Part shown: positions 27,854-37,712 of the stretch, piece by piece | Layout of the letters: every line of letters begins with the position of its first letter | Numbering within the stretch: the first letter of the stretch is position 1 | Source of the DNA: Candidatus Moranbacteria bacterium GW2011_GWC2_40_12 | GTDB taxonomy: Bacteria > Patescibacteriota > Minisyncoccia > Moranbacterales > UBA11712 | Direction of reading: 5' to 3' | Length of the DNA stretch: 64,000 nucleotides | Assembly: GCA_000995965.1 (NCBI GenBank) | Contig: LBYD01000001.1 | Location: 76,923-140,922 of the forward strand | Made by a program: the position numbers and the translations under genes | The notes under the pieces: model-generated | Told to the model about the DNA's origin: nothing | Databases searched by the model: none | The model's input: the letters and a program-made list of their open reading frames with translations, nothing else

Positions 27854-29494
27854 CTAGCGCTTCCATTTTTTGTTTATCGCGCTTTTGATAAATTCTTTGA
27901 AAAGCGGATGCGGGTGAAGCGGAGAAGATTTGAATTCGGGGTGGAATTGGGTTCCGAGGTGGAAAGGATGCGATTTTTTGGGAAGTTCGGCGATTTCCAT
28001 GAGGCGGCCGTTGGGCGAAGTGCCGGAAAATGCGAGGCCGGATTTTTCGAGCCGCGCGATGTATTCCGGATTCACCTCCCAGCGGTGGCGGTGGCGTTCG
28101 GAAATAGTTTGGCTTTTGTAAGCTCCAAAAGCGATGGTATTTTTCTTGAGCGTTGCCGGATAAGCTCCGAGCCGCATGGTCGCGCCAAAATTTTTGTCGG
28201 CGAGATTCTTTTTTTGCTCGGGCATAATATCAATCACAGGATATTTTGTATCGCGGTTTATTTCTGTGGTATTCGCGCCCTTGAGGCCAAGGACATTTCT
28301 CGCGAATTCAATCACAAGAAGCTGCATGCCATAGCAAAGGCCAAAATAAGGTATCCGGTTTTTGCGGCAAAATTCGATCGCTTTTATTTTTCCTTCCACT
28401 CCCCGCTCTCCGAATCCACCGGGGACGATTATTCCCGCGTATTTTTTTAGTTCACGGACTTTGGCTGGATTTCTTTGATATTCTTCCGAGTTGAGCCAGT
28501 CGATTACCGGTTTTCTTTTAAATGAATAGCAAGCGTGTTTTATTGCTTCGATGACAGAAATATATGCATCAGAAAGCACAAAATCACCTGTCCCGAAATA
28601 TTTTCCGACAATGCCGATCCTAAGCGGCTTTTTTGAAATGCGGATGTTTCTCGCCATGGCCCGCCACTTAACCAAATCCTTTTTCTTGGGCCGGAGCCCC
28701 ATTTTTTTGAGAATTGTCCGGCTCAGGCCGTCATTTTCAAAATTGACCGGAACCTCATATACAGAATCAATGTCCGGCGCGCTAATAACATCCTCTTCCC
28801 GAAGATTGCAATGATCGGCTAATTTTTCTTTTCTTTTCTTGTCGAGAGATATTTCGGAGCGGGCAATGATAATGTCGGGCTGGATGCCGGCGGCATTCAA
28901 GGACCGGACGGCATATTGGGTCGGTTTCGTTTTCATCTCTCCGATTTTGTTCGGTACGGGAAGATAGCTGACAAGGACAAAAAGCACATCGCCGCGGCTG
29001 GCAAGCCGGAGCATTCTGCCTGCCTCGAGAAACAAAAGCCCCTGATATTCGCCAAGCGTTCCGCCGATTTCAATGAGCATAATATCGGCTTTCGATTTTT
29101 TTTGCGCCTTTTGGATGCGGCGGATGATTTCTTTCGGAACATCCGGCACGACGTCGACGCAGCGGCCGCCATAGCCCATCGAGCGCTCACGGTCGATGAT
29201 CGTTTTATATACCATGCCGTTGGTCATATAGTTTTCTCTCGAGAGCTTCAGATTCAAAAATCTCTCATAATGGCCCATGTCCTGGTCTGTCTCGAGTCCA
29301 TCGTCCAAAACAAACACTTCTCCATGCTCGGTCGGGTTCATAGTTCCCGCGTCAACATTGAGATACGGGTCAATTTTCATGACGGTCACGCGAAAGCCTT
29401 TTGATTGCAAAATGTTCCCGATTGAAGCAGTAGCAATCCCCTTTCCGACTCCGCTCATCACTCCTCCAACGACAAAGATGTATTTTGGTTTCAT
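27854..29494 (-). CDS. pyrG: CTP synthase
   Basis: IFVVGGVMSGVGKGI N-terminus, glutamine amidotransferase domain (GLCYGMQ), 546 aa. Confidence 0.92.
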   Translation of the reverse strand: MKPKYIFVVGGVMSGVGKGIATASIGNILQSKGFRVTVMKIDPYLNVDAGTMNPTEHGEVFVLDDGLETDQDMGHYERFLNLKLSRENYMTNGMVYKTIIDRERSMGYGGRCVDVVPDVPKEIIRRIQKAQKKSKADIMLIEIGGTLGEYQGLLFLEAGRMLRLASRGDVLFVLVSYLPVPNKIGEMKTKPTQYAVRSLNAAGIQPDIIIARSEISLDKKRKEKLADHCNLREEDVISAPDIDSVYEVPVNFENDGLSRTILKKMGLRPKKKDLVKWRAMARNIRISKKPLRIGIVGKYFGTGDFVLSDAYISVIEAIKHACYSFKRKPVIDWLNSEEYQRNPAKVRELKKYAGIIVPGGFGERGVEGKIKAIEFCRKNRIPYFGLCYGMQLLVIEFARNVLGLKGANTTEINRDTKYPVIDIMPEQKKNLADKNFGATMRLGAYPATLKKNTIAFGAYKSQTISERHRHRWEVNPEYIARLEKSGLAFSGTSPNGRLMEIAELPKKSHPFHLGTQFHPEFKSSPLHPHPLFKEFIKSAINKKWKR

Positions 29495-29502
29495 GTTTTC
29501 TT

Positions 29503-29527
29503 TACGAACTACGAATTAATTACGAAT
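29503..29527 (-). repeat. Three TACGAA(T/C) heptad-like repeats 7-30 nt upstream of pyrG start codon
   Basis: tttacgaactacgaattaattacgaat read from sequence. Confidence 0.55.
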
Positions 29528-29554
29528 GCGACAATGTCTATAAAAAAGAAATTA

Positions 29555-29586
29555 TTTCAAGAAAATAAGGGTGATAAATTCACCCC
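29555..29586 (-). terminator. Rho-independent terminator downstream of rplI (GGGTGA...TCACCC + T-run on minus strand)
   Basis: aagGGTGAtaaatTCACCCct; minus-strand read gives hairpin then TTATTTTCTT. Confidence 0.5.
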
Positions 29587-29619
29587 TGCCAAAAATTATT
29601 AAAAAAGCGAAACGAAACA

Positions 29620-30072
29620 TTATTTCGTCTTCTCTTCTCCGACCAAAATTATCCTTATATTTGCCTCGAGACCGTGGTTCAGGCTGATCTGCGCGTCATA
29701 TTCTCCCATTTCCTTTATCGGTTCAAGCAGTTTAATATTTTCTGAATTAATCTCAATCCCCTCGTCTTTGAAGGTCTTTGCGATAGTTTTTTCGTTGACG
29801 GATCCGAAAAGTTTTCCTTCCGTTTCTTTCACTTTGACATAGAGTTCGCGTCCTTCGAGTTGTTCAGCCAGTTTCTGGGCTTCTTCAAGCTCGAGTTTCG
29901 CACTTTCAGCTTTTTTCTTCGTTTTATCCTCGGCATTTTTTATCGCTGCGTCTGTTGCCGGTTCGGCCATCTTTTTGGGAAACAAAAAATTTCTCGCAAA
30001 TCCGTCTGCCACTTCTTTTACTTCTCCCTCCTTGCCGAGATTATCGACATTTCTTGTTAGTATGACTTTCAT
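29620..30072 (-). CDS. rplI: 50S ribosomal protein L9
   Basis: MKVILTRNVDNLGKEGEVKEVADGFARNFLFPK N-terminus. Confidence 0.85.
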   Translation of the reverse strand: MKVILTRNVDNLGKEGEVKEVADGFARNFLFPKKMAEPATDAAIKNAEDKTKKKAESAKLELEEAQKLAEQLEGRELYVKVKETEGKLFGSVNEKTIAKTFKDEGIEINSENIKLLEPIKEMGEYDAQISLNHGLEANIRIILVGEEKTK

Positions 30073-30137
30073 ATTATTTCTGCCCCCTTGCGATGATTAT
30101 ATAGAAAATTTTGACAACTGCCAATAGCCGAAATCGA

Positions 30138-31409
30138 TTAAATTTCTCCTTTCAAAATTTCGAGCGCCTTGTCCATCTGCGGATCGCGGCTGTTGTTGTA
30201 GTCATCATCGCTGATATCGATTATAACATCCGGTTCAATGCCTTTTTCCATTATATAATCTCCCTTTGGAGTAAGCCAGCGGGCAATGGTGATTCGCAGA
30301 TTTGATCCGCCTGTCATTTTTTCGAGTTGCTGGACAGAACCTTTTCCAAACGTCTTATTGCCGACCAGCTTGGCTCCGAGATCATCTCTCAAAGCTCCGG
30401 CCAATATTTCTGAAGCGCTGGCGCTGCCGCTGTTTACGAGGACGGTCACGGGGATTCCTCTGAGAATATCGCCTCCCTCGGCTTTATACTCATTCCGTTT
30501 CCCGCCCCGATCCTCTTCAGAAACCACCAAAACGTCCTTTGGAATGAATTTGGAAGCAGTCTTGACAGCTGTCTCCAGGTATCCCCCGGGATTATTTCGC
30601 AAGTCGAGTATAATGCCCGAAGACCCTCGGCCGATGACTTCATTCGCGGCTTTGCTGAATTCAAAACTTGTGTCGTCCCCGAATTTTGAAATTTTGATGA
30701 CCGCGATATTGTTTTCTTTGAATTCTACCTTAACGCTCTTGACGTTTATGGTGTCGCGGGTGATGGTTATTTCTATCGGACTTCCGTTTTTATCCCGAAG
30801 GACCGTCAGTTTCACCTCCGTGCCTTTCGGGCCGCGAATTTTTGATACTGCCTCGTCAACGGACATTTCAGTTGTCACCGTGTCGCCAATTTTCAAGATC
30901 ATATCTCCGGCTTTGAGTCCCGCCTGATCGGCCGGAGTCCCATCAATTGGGGCAATAACGGTCAGTATATCATTTTTTAGGCCGATTTCCGTTCCAATTC
31001 CTTCAAATGTTCCCTGCATATCGTTTGAAAATTGCTGGCTTTCATCCGGATTCATGAAGCTTGAAAACGGGTCGCCAAGCGATTTGACCATTCCGGAAAT
31101 AGCGCCATAAAGCATCTTATTTTTGTCAATCTTTGAGGGATCAACATATTTCTCATTGATAAGGTTCCAGGCCTCCCAAAAGAGATCAGAATCCACATCC
31201 TGCGGCTGGCTTTTGTCGTGGTTTTCAAGAAGAAGATTTTGAATCAAGTCAGTCTTGTTGGCTTTTGCGGATTTGTATTGGGAATAAAAAACTCCGCCAT
31301 AAAAACTGGCGCATACAAGCACGATGATCAGGAAAAAACGGAAATGTTTTCGGAAAGAATTCCTGGGCGGCTGGATATTTGCTTCTTCAGACGAGTTTGT
31401 TTCGTTCAT
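30138..31409 (-). CDS. ctpA: Carboxyl-terminal processing peptidase (S41A, tail-specific protease) with PDZ domain and N-terminal TM anchor
   Basis: Motifs GIILDLRNNPGGYL and SGSASASEI (catalytic Ser) ; 423 aa. Confidence 0.85.
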   Translation of the reverse strand: MNETNSSEEANIQPPRNSFRKHFRFFLIIVLVCASFYGGVFYSQYKSAKANKTDLIQNLLLENHDKSQPQDVDSDLFWEAWNLINEKYVDPSKIDKNKMLYGAISGMVKSLGDPFSSFMNPDESQQFSNDMQGTFEGIGTEIGLKNDILTVIAPIDGTPADQAGLKAGDMILKIGDTVTTEMSVDEAVSKIRGPKGTEVKLTVLRDKNGSPIEITITRDTINVKSVKVEFKENNIAVIKISKFGDDTSFEFSKAANEVIGRGSSGIILDLRNNPGGYLETAVKTASKFIPKDVLVVSEEDRGGKRNEYKAEGGDILRGIPVTVLVNSGSASASEILAGALRDDLGAKLVGNKTFGKGSVQQLEKMTGGSNLRITIARWLTPKGDYIMEKGIEPDVIIDISDDDYNNSRDPQMDKALEILKGEI

Positions 31410-31416
31410 TGGTTTT

Positions 31417-32238
31417 TTATTTATCTATGTGCGGGTTTGGCATTCCGATGTACTTCCAAAAATATTTGAGAGCGCTTCTGATGTGTTCCCGAGTCAGTTT
31501 GTTCAAGAAAACGGCCCTGAGCGCGCTTTGGCTTGCTGATCCTTTTCCGTGATAATGGAACATTTTCGCGTGAGGATAGTAAACGACTCTGAGTCTTTTC
31601 TCCCAAAACCGGCGGCACCAATCTACGTCTTCAAAATACATAAAGCCAAAATTTTCTTCCATCAAACCGACTTTTTCGAAAGCTCTTCGGGTGGTCATCA
31701 TGGCGGATCCCATTACCCAGTCAACATCTTGCGGTTTTCCGAGGTCCTTGTCTTTATACAAGAATTTGTCAATTTTTCTTTTGGCGAAACGGAATTTCCC
31801 AAGAAAAGTCCGTCGATAGACGATAATAGGCGGCGTATAAAACCGGAAACAGGAAGGTTGCACCTTTCCGTCAAAATTCATGAGTTTTGGCCCGATAATT
31901 CCTATTTGAGGATCTTTTTTCAGTTCCTGAAGCAGTATGTCAGCGGATTTTTTTTCGATTATTATATCCGCGTTTAGTATGAGAATAAAATTACCTTTTG
32001 ATTTTCTTAGCCCGTTGTTCACTAGCCTGGCAAAACCCAAATTGTCCTTATGCGGAAAGAAACGGATATCCGGGAAATCTTCCCGCATCATCATTTCTGT
32101 CTCTTCTTCTGTGGCGCTGTCAAAAACAAGGATTTCGCGGTTTTCATTGAGTATATTCTTTCTAAGTGATTCCAGGCAAAGCCGAAGAACCGAGGGGTTT
32201 TTGTAGCTTGAAACGATAATGGATAACTCTTTTTTCAT
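31417..32238 (-). CDS. GT2 glycosyltransferase
   Basis: LSIIVSSYKN, VFDSATEE, LNADII (DxD-like). Confidence 0.7.
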   Translation of the reverse strand: MKKELSIIVSSYKNPSVLRLCLESLRKNILNENREILVFDSATEEETEMMMREDFPDIRFFPHKDNLGFARLVNNGLRKSKGNFILILNADIIIEKKSADILLQELKKDPQIGIIGPKLMNFDGKVQPSCFRFYTPPIIVYRRTFLGKFRFAKRKIDKFLYKDKDLGKPQDVDWVMGSAMMTTRRAFEKVGLMEENFGFMYFEDVDWCRRFWEKRLRVVYYPHAKMFHYHGKGSASQSALRAVFLNKLTREHIRSALKYFWKYIGMPNPHIDK

Positions 32239-32301
32239 CTCTCACATATTAATTTCCCATTTTCAGCTTCCAGCGCGTTTAGCCAGATTAACCGATTTCT
32301 T

Positions 32302-33360
32302 CTACTGGAAAATATTTCGGCATACTTCTCGAATCTTCTCATAATTTCCTCCGGTTGGCAAAAGCACGTAGGTTTTTCCTTCTGGCGTATCGGCGCGGGT
32401 CGAATAAAGCAATCCTTCATCTGATGTGTCGAATACTTTTTGGCTTATTTGCGGGTTCTGCGTCGTATTTGCCAGATTGAAAAACTTTTTCATTTCCGAA
32501 ATATCCATATCAGTGCGGACGTCTTCTCCGAGAACATTGAGGATATTGTTCACTTTTCCGAAATCGGCAAGTGTTCCGAGGCTCATCAGCTTATCCTTGA
32601 GGGCAAGCAAAACCTGCTGCTGCCGCCGAGCCCGTTCAAAGTCCGAAGAAGCGTATCGGGCACGGACAAAAAACAGGGCCTTTGAACCGTCGATGTGGTT
32701 TTTTCCGGATGGTAATGTGAAATTGAGTGCGTTTTCTCCTTCAAATTGAGTCGGCTCGGAAAAAGGGCTGTCAAGGTAGATATCAACTCCTCCGACCGTG
32801 TCAACCAACTCCTTAAAGCCGTTAAAATCTATCCGGACAGCGTAATGGATAGGAATGCCCGTTATGTCGCCGACAATTTGCTTCATGGCCTCCATGCCTT
32901 TTCCCTCTCCTTTTTCCTCATAAAGGGCATGGACAGAGTTGATTTTTCCTTGATTTGAGGTTCCGGGATAGTTTACCCAAATATCGCGGGGAATGGACAC
33001 AATCGCAACTTTGTTTTCTTTCGGCCTTGCCATCACTACCATGATGGAATCAGCCAAAAGTCCTCCGCCGAGCATGTTGTTTCCTCGCATGCCAAGCAGA
33101 AGGATATTGATTTGGCCCTCTTCTTCTCCCTGAAGCTGGTCAGAACCAATGCCCGGAATTGATTTCCAAAGCGATTTTATAAACCCGTCCCTGGTTGAAA
33201 TTTTGCTTAGGGTCGTTCCGGTCCGATACATCGCATATCCGCCAGTCGCGATCAAAAGAAGAAGAATGACCGCCAAAATCCTAAACCATCTTTTTTTCCA
33301 GAATCTTTTTTTTCTTGGCTTCGTGATTCCGTCTTCGTGTCTTGATCCGAAAATTCCCAT
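32302..33360 (-). CDS. LytR-CpsA-Psr (LCP) family phosphotransferase with N-terminal TM anchor
   Basis: NILLLGMRGNN ... DSIMVVMARPKENKVAIVSIPRDIWV LCP core; 352 aa. Confidence 0.8.
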   Translation of the reverse strand: MGIFGSRHEDGITKPRKKRFWKKRWFRILAVILLLLIATGGYAMYRTGTTLSKISTRDGFIKSLWKSIPGIGSDQLQGEEEGQINILLLGMRGNNMLGGGLLADSIMVVMARPKENKVAIVSIPRDIWVNYPGTSNQGKINSVHALYEEKGEGKGMEAMKQIVGDITGIPIHYAVRIDFNGFKELVDTVGGVDIYLDSPFSEPTQFEGENALNFTLPSGKNHIDGSKALFFVRARYASSDFERARRQQQVLLALKDKLMSLGTLADFGKVNNILNVLGEDVRTDMDISEMKKFFNLANTTQNPQISQKVFDTSDEGLLYSTRADTPEGKTYVLLPTGGNYEKIREVCRNIFQ

Positions 33361-33464
33361 ATGTTTTTAATGCTGGTTAATTTGCGCACAAAATAAAAAT
33401 AATTAGCCTTGGAGGCATCATTCACGAGTATACTATAAAAAAATATTTATGGCAAAACAAATCG

Positions 33465-33508
33465 AGACATAAAATAATACGCGCCCAGGGAGATGTCCTT
33501 GGGCGCGG
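33465..33508 (-). terminator. GC-rich hairpin plus T-rich tract immediately after rpoD stop
   Basis: CGCGCCCAGGgagatgtCCTTGGGCGCG; minus-strand read followed by TATTATTTTA. Confidence 0.45.
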
Positions 33509-36091
33509 TTACGGCCTGGCTTGCAGGCTGTTGATTTTTTGGATTAAGTCCTGAATTTCGCTAAGAAGCACGGCAGGCGTTGTGTTCAATCTTTTGGCCG
33601 CTGCTATGCCAATTTTTAATTTTTCAAATCCGAGTATTGCAAGCAGTCTTATCTCAGATGGCTTTAGACGCTTGATCACTCCAGCGATTTCCGGTCTGAC
33701 GCCGTTCTTTTTCGGGTCTTTTTTTTCAAGCCTAAATTGAACAGCTCCAGAAAACTCGGGATCAAGGATTAAAGTATTGTCGTCTGCGAGCAACATAGGT
33801 TGCCACTTCTTGTTAATGCTCGGCGACCTTTCCGGTGGGACGCGAGGAATCGGCATTTCGGCTGCCGGAATAACCGGAGGCTCAATCGGGAAAATCGGCG
33901 TGCCGATCTCCGAAAAAAGCATCACAATCACTTGAGGCGGTTGGCCAAAAATAAACCTCCTTTCGCCGTCATTCCTTGTGTATGAGGTGCGAAGCGGCGG
34001 AACGCGCGGAACACGTATTTTGTCTTTCAGGATAACCGGAGGCTCAATCGGAAAAATCGGCGTGCCGATCTCCGAAAAAAGCATCTCGGTTATTCTTGGA
34101 GGATCACCGAAGACAAACCTTTTTTCTCCGATAATTTCCGTATCAGGAGATTTAGGCTTTTTGGATATGGCATTCTCCGAAACGACTTCCTTATCCTCAA
34201 AGGGTGGGTAATACCTTGGATAGCAAGCCGGCGGGCGCCGCGGCCTCGGACGATGATCCTGCGGATGCTCGCAGAGCGGAATTACAACATCCTCCACTTT
34301 TCCCGAACGCCAGTGTTTGGCGTTAAAAATTATTTCGAAATGTTGACGGTCAGGAAACGCGGGATAGTACGGATTTGAGCCCTTTTTCCTGCGATTTCCG
34401 TTAGCCGAACCCTCATCATAAAAGGATTTCAATCTTGTGACACGGGACGGATGCCGAAGTTTGCGCAGGGCTTTGGCTTCAATCTGCCGGATGCGTTCGC
34501 GCGTGACTTCGAAATCTTTATCATGCCCGACCTCCTCCAAAGTCATATCTTTTGCTTCCCCGATGCCGAAGCGCTTGCGAAGGACTTTTTCCTCGCGCGG
34601 CGTCAATGTGGTCAGCATCTTGCGGGTTTGGTCTGCCAGATTGAGACTGGCGACTGCCTCAAATGGAGTGGAAACTTTCTCATCTTTTATGAAATCGCCC
34701 AGAAAATCATTCTCATCTTCACCGACAGGAGTTTCGAAGGATATTGGTTCCTTCGCGATTTTGAGGACTTTCAGCACTTTCTCCAAAGGAAATTCCATCT
34801 TGTCGGCGATTTCTTCGGCAGTTGGCTCTCGCCCCATTTCCTGGACCAGATACCGCGAGGTCCGGATAAGCTTATTGATGGTTTCGATCATATGGACCGG
34901 TATGCGGATGGTGCGAGCTTGATCGGCGATGGCGCGGGTAATGGCCTGCCTGATCCACCAGGTGGCATATGTGCTGAATTTGTAGCCGCGCTCGTATTCG
35001 AACTTTTCCACGGCTTTCATGAGACCGACATTGCCTTCCTGGATGAGATCCAGGAATTGAAGCCCGCGGTTGGCGTATTTCTTGGCGATGCTCACCACCA
35101 GCCGCAGATTGGCTTCTACCATTTCCCGTTTGGCCTTGTGAGCTTTATACTCGCATTTTTCCAGTTTTTCCACAGTGGCCAGCAACTGGCCAGAAGGGAG
35201 ACCGATAATCTGTTCGTATCTTCGCAGTTCGTTGCGGGTTTTATTTTGCAGGTATTTCAGCTCTTCGAATCTCTCCGGTGCTAAGCCGGCCGGCAGCAGA
35301 ATTTCTGCTTCCTGTTTGGACTTCCGGACAATGTCCCTGAGCTTTGTTTCAGATATTTTGGCACAGGCGAACGCCGCATTTTTCTTGCGGATGAGATCGC
35401 GCGCCGCGGAGGCGATCACGCGCAAATCCTCGGCGATTGCCTGAAAATAAATCGGCTCGAGACGCAGTGCTTCGAAGCGATCAGCCAGACGCCGACGGGC
35501 CGCGACAATGGACCGCTGAATTTGATCAACTTCATCGCTGTCCGGCGGAAGGACTGCCAATCTTTCGCCCAGCAGGTTAATTTTTTGATATTCCGCCAAA
35601 AATCCGGAAATAATCCAAGAATTCCTGGATTTTCGATCTGCCGGATCCGTGTTCAGGTCTTCTTCGCCGAAGTCGTCGATTTTTTCTTCAGCCTTCGACA
35701 TTTTATAATTCGTTCCGTGTTTCAAGCCTTTGACGAAGTCGGCGACATTTCTCAATGAGTAAGGAATCTCAAAGAGGGTCGAAAAAAATTCTCTCTCGCC
35801 AGCTTCAATCCGTTTGGCAATCGCGACTTCCTGCTCGCGGGTAAGAAGAAGAGGAATTTCACACATATCTTTGAGATACAGGCGAACAGGATCGTCGAAT
35901 TTCATCGAAGCTTCTGTTTCAGCGTCTTTTTCTTGAAGTAGCGGACGTTCGTTAATCTCCCCTTCCTCGTTTGTTTCGTCGGCAAGATCCGATTCATAAG
36001 ATGATGAAAGCGTCCCGAAGTCTTCTACGGGTTCTCCGTTTGACAGTTGGTCAATCATAATATCCGTGACAGAATCGTCGTCGTAAGACAT
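33509..36091 (-). CDS. rpoD: RNA polymerase sigma-70 factor RpoD (regions 1.1-4.2) with roughly 290-aa non-canonical C-terminal extension containing a 54-aa tandem repeat
   Basis: Region 2 ([34 protein letters not shown]), region 3, region 4.2 ([29 protein letters not shown]). Canonical AAGGAGGTGA SD 8 nt upstream. Single 860-codon frame. Confidence 0.85.
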   Translation of the reverse strand: MSYDDDSVTDIMIDQLSNGEPVEDFGTLSSSYESDLADETNEEGEINERPLLQEKDAETEASMKFDDPVRLYLKDMCEIPLLLTREQEVAIAKRIEAGEREFFSTLFEIPYSLRNVADFVKGLKHGTNYKMSKAEEKIDDFGEEDLNTDPADRKSRNSWIISGFLAEYQKINLLGERLAVLPPDSDEVDQIQRSIVAARRRLADRFEALRLEPIYFQAIAEDLRVIASAARDLIRKKNAAFACAKISETKLRDIVRKSKQEAEILLPAGLAPERFEELKYLQNKTRNELRRYEQIIGLPSGQLLATVEKLEKCEYKAHKAKREMVEANLRLVVSIAKKYANRGLQFLDLIQEGNVGLMKAVEKFEYERGYKFSTYATWWIRQAITRAIADQARTIRIPVHMIETINKLIRTSRYLVQEMGREPTAEEIADKMEFPLEKVLKVLKIAKEPISFETPVGEDENDFLGDFIKDEKVSTPFEAVASLNLADQTRKMLTTLTPREEKVLRKRFGIGEAKDMTLEEVGHDKDFEVTRERIRQIEAKALRKLRHPSRVTRLKSFYDEGSANGNRRKKGSNPYYPAFPDRQHFEIIFNAKHWRSGKVEDVVIPLCEHPQDHRPRPRRPPACYPRYYPPFEDKEVVSENAISKKPKSPDTEIIGEKRFVFGDPPRITEMLFSEIGTPIFPIEPPVILKDKIRVPRVPPLRTSYTRNDGERRFIFGQPPQVIVMLFSEIGTPIFPIEPPVIPAAEMPIPRVPPERSPSINKKWQPMLLADDNTLILDPEFSGAVQFRLEKKDPKKNGVRPEIAGVIKRLKPSEIRLLAILGFEKLKIGIAAAKRLNTTPAVLLSEIQDLIQKINSLQARP
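33870..34085 (-). repeat. Two 54-bp near-identical direct repeats 162 bp apart inside the rpoD 3' extension (encode [29 protein letters not shown] modules)
   Basis: ataaccggaggctcaatcgg(g)aaaatcggcgtgccgatctccgaaaaaagcatc at 33870..33923 and 34032..34085. Confidence 0.8.
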
Positions 36092-36221
36092 TCGGGATCA
36101 CCTCCTTTCCCTTTCGGGATATTTTTTTGTCAAAGGGCAGTTGCCTGTTTAAAAAACAGAGCCCTCCTGCTCCTTTGTATAAACTAAAATATTATGCGTT
36201 TTTTGGCAAATTTACGGCTGA

Positions 36222-36262
36222 AAATAAAAAAGGCGGCCAGTAGGCCGCCCGAGTCCGGGATA
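36222..36262 (-). terminator. Rho-independent terminator (GGCGGCCtactGGCCGCC + T-run on minus strand) between small ORF and rpoD promoter region
   Basis: aaaaaaGGCGGCCagtaGGCCGCC on plus strand. Confidence 0.55.
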
Positions 36263-36269
36263 AAATTGA

Positions 36270-36455
36270 TTAACACGGGGATTGTTTCCCGGTCGAGGAA
36301 CAATCGGCGGTAGCGGTCGGTCTTATTCCGTTCAAAAAGTCCTTGGCTTCCTTAAGCGCCTGTTCGCTAATCACAGGCGGGCCGACTTTTTTGACTTGAG
36401 GACGACCGAACGGATGGTGTTTTTCGTGGACGTAATTTTTTCCGCTCCTTGACAT
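36270..36455 (-). CDS. Hypothetical small protein (61 aa) with strong Shine-Dalgarno
   Basis: GGGAGGAGGG 5 nt upstream of ATG 36455, own terminator downstream; sequence MSRSGKNYVHEKHHPFGRP... has no recognised family. Confidence 0.45.
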   Translation of the reverse strand: MSRSGKNYVHEKHHPFGRPQVKKVGPPVISEQALKEAKDFLNGIRPTATADCSSTGKQSPC

Positions 36456-36527
36456 GGTTTCCCTCCTCCCAAAAAATATTGAAATCATGAAACTTTAGCA
36501 CACTCCAATTGATAAGTCAATGACCGT

Positions 36528-37679
36528 TCAACCCAGTAAAGATGAGTATATGTGAAGCGTTTTTTGCGCGGTTTTTTGCCAGGTGAATTTTTGGGCGGTA
36601 TTTCGTCCTTTTTCGATCAAATTGTTCCTTAGGTTTGCATTATCCAATATTTTTTGAATATTTTCAGCGAATGCGGCGCTGTTTTTCGGGTCGCAAAAAA
36701 GTGCTGAATCTTCACCTATTTCACGAAAAACTGGAATGTCCGAGCAGACAACCGGCGTGCCGGCGGCCATGGATTCGATAGCTGGAATTCCAAAGCCTTC
36801 ATAAAGTGAAGGAAAAACGAGGCACTCGGCCGTTTGAATCAAGGCGGGCTTGTCTTCTTCTTCAATCCAGCCCGGGAAAATCACTTTATCTTTAAGGTTA
36901 TTTTTGTCAATTGACTCATCAATTTTTTTGTCGAAATTATGGGCTTCCCTGTTTCCGGCCAGGATCAATTTTATGTCAAGATTTTTTATCGATTCAATAA
37001 GAACCGGAATATTTTTTCTTGGCTGCAAAGTGCCGATATGGAGGATGAATTTAGCGCCAGGTATCTGATATTTGGCCTTTACGCCATCAATTTCTCCAAG
37101 AGAAAATTTTTGGCTGAATTTTTCAAAATCAACGCCGTTATGCGTAAATTCCATTTTTTCCAGAGGGATTTTATAAAAATCAATGATATTTTTTTTCTCA
37201 CTTTCGGAAACAGTGATTATTTTGTCCGCCCGTTGAATGCTTCGCGGGAGGAGCGTTTTTAGGAAAAACAAATCGGATTTTTTGATATGCTGCGGGAAAA
37301 AATTGAATGAAATATCGTGAATCGTAAGGACTAATTTTATATTTTTCGGCAGCCAAAAGGGCGCGATATATTGGGTATGAAAAATATCCACCGGATTTTT
37401 TTTGAGATAATTCGGCAGATCCCAAAAATTCCACCAAAAGCGATTTAGCGAGTTTATGAAGATAACTCTGAAACTATCATCCAATTTTAGTTTATCAATC
37501 TCTATTTTCAGAGTACTGTCTTTTTCCGGATCGCGATCAGTGAAAAGAACATACTTGTTATCCGCAGCGGTCGAACCGCTACGATTGATTTTCGCGAGAT
37601 TTTTCACCAAATTTAAAAAATATACTTCATCACCAGTGCGTTTTTTGCCTATTGTCCGTATATCTATGCCAATTTTCAT
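36528..37679 (-). CDS. GT4-family glycosyltransferase
   Basis: GT-B fold, EGFGIPAIESMAAGTPVV motif. Confidence 0.75.
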   Translation of the reverse strand: MKIGIDIRTIGKKRTGDEVYFLNLVKNLAKINRSGSTAADNKYVLFTDRDPEKDSTLKIEIDKLKLDDSFRVIFINSLNRFWWNFWDLPNYLKKNPVDIFHTQYIAPFWLPKNIKLVLTIHDISFNFFPQHIKKSDLFFLKTLLPRSIQRADKIITVSESEKKNIIDFYKIPLEKMEFTHNGVDFEKFSQKFSLGEIDGVKAKYQIPGAKFILHIGTLQPRKNIPVLIESIKNLDIKLILAGNREAHNFDKKIDESIDKNNLKDKVIFPGWIEEEDKPALIQTAECLVFPSLYEGFGIPAIESMAAGTPVVCSDIPVFREIGEDSALFCDPKNSAAFAENIQKILDNANLRNNLIEKGRNTAQKFTWQKTAQKTLHIYSSLLG

Positions 37680-37686
37680 AAACTCG

Positions 37687-37712
37687 CGAATTTAGAACGA
37701 ATTAAAACGAAT
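37687..37712 (-). repeat. Three ACGAAT repeats (10-bp period) upstream of GT4 start, overlapping stop of ligase gene
   Basis: cgcgaatttagaacgaattaaaacgaatc read from sequence. Confidence 0.5.

Noticed and set aside
33800-35758. Plus-strand ORFs (e.g. 34437..34922, 34451..35284, 35175..35444) opposite rpoD
   Set aside because: rpoD on the minus strand is unambiguous over this entire span; these are antisense artefacts.
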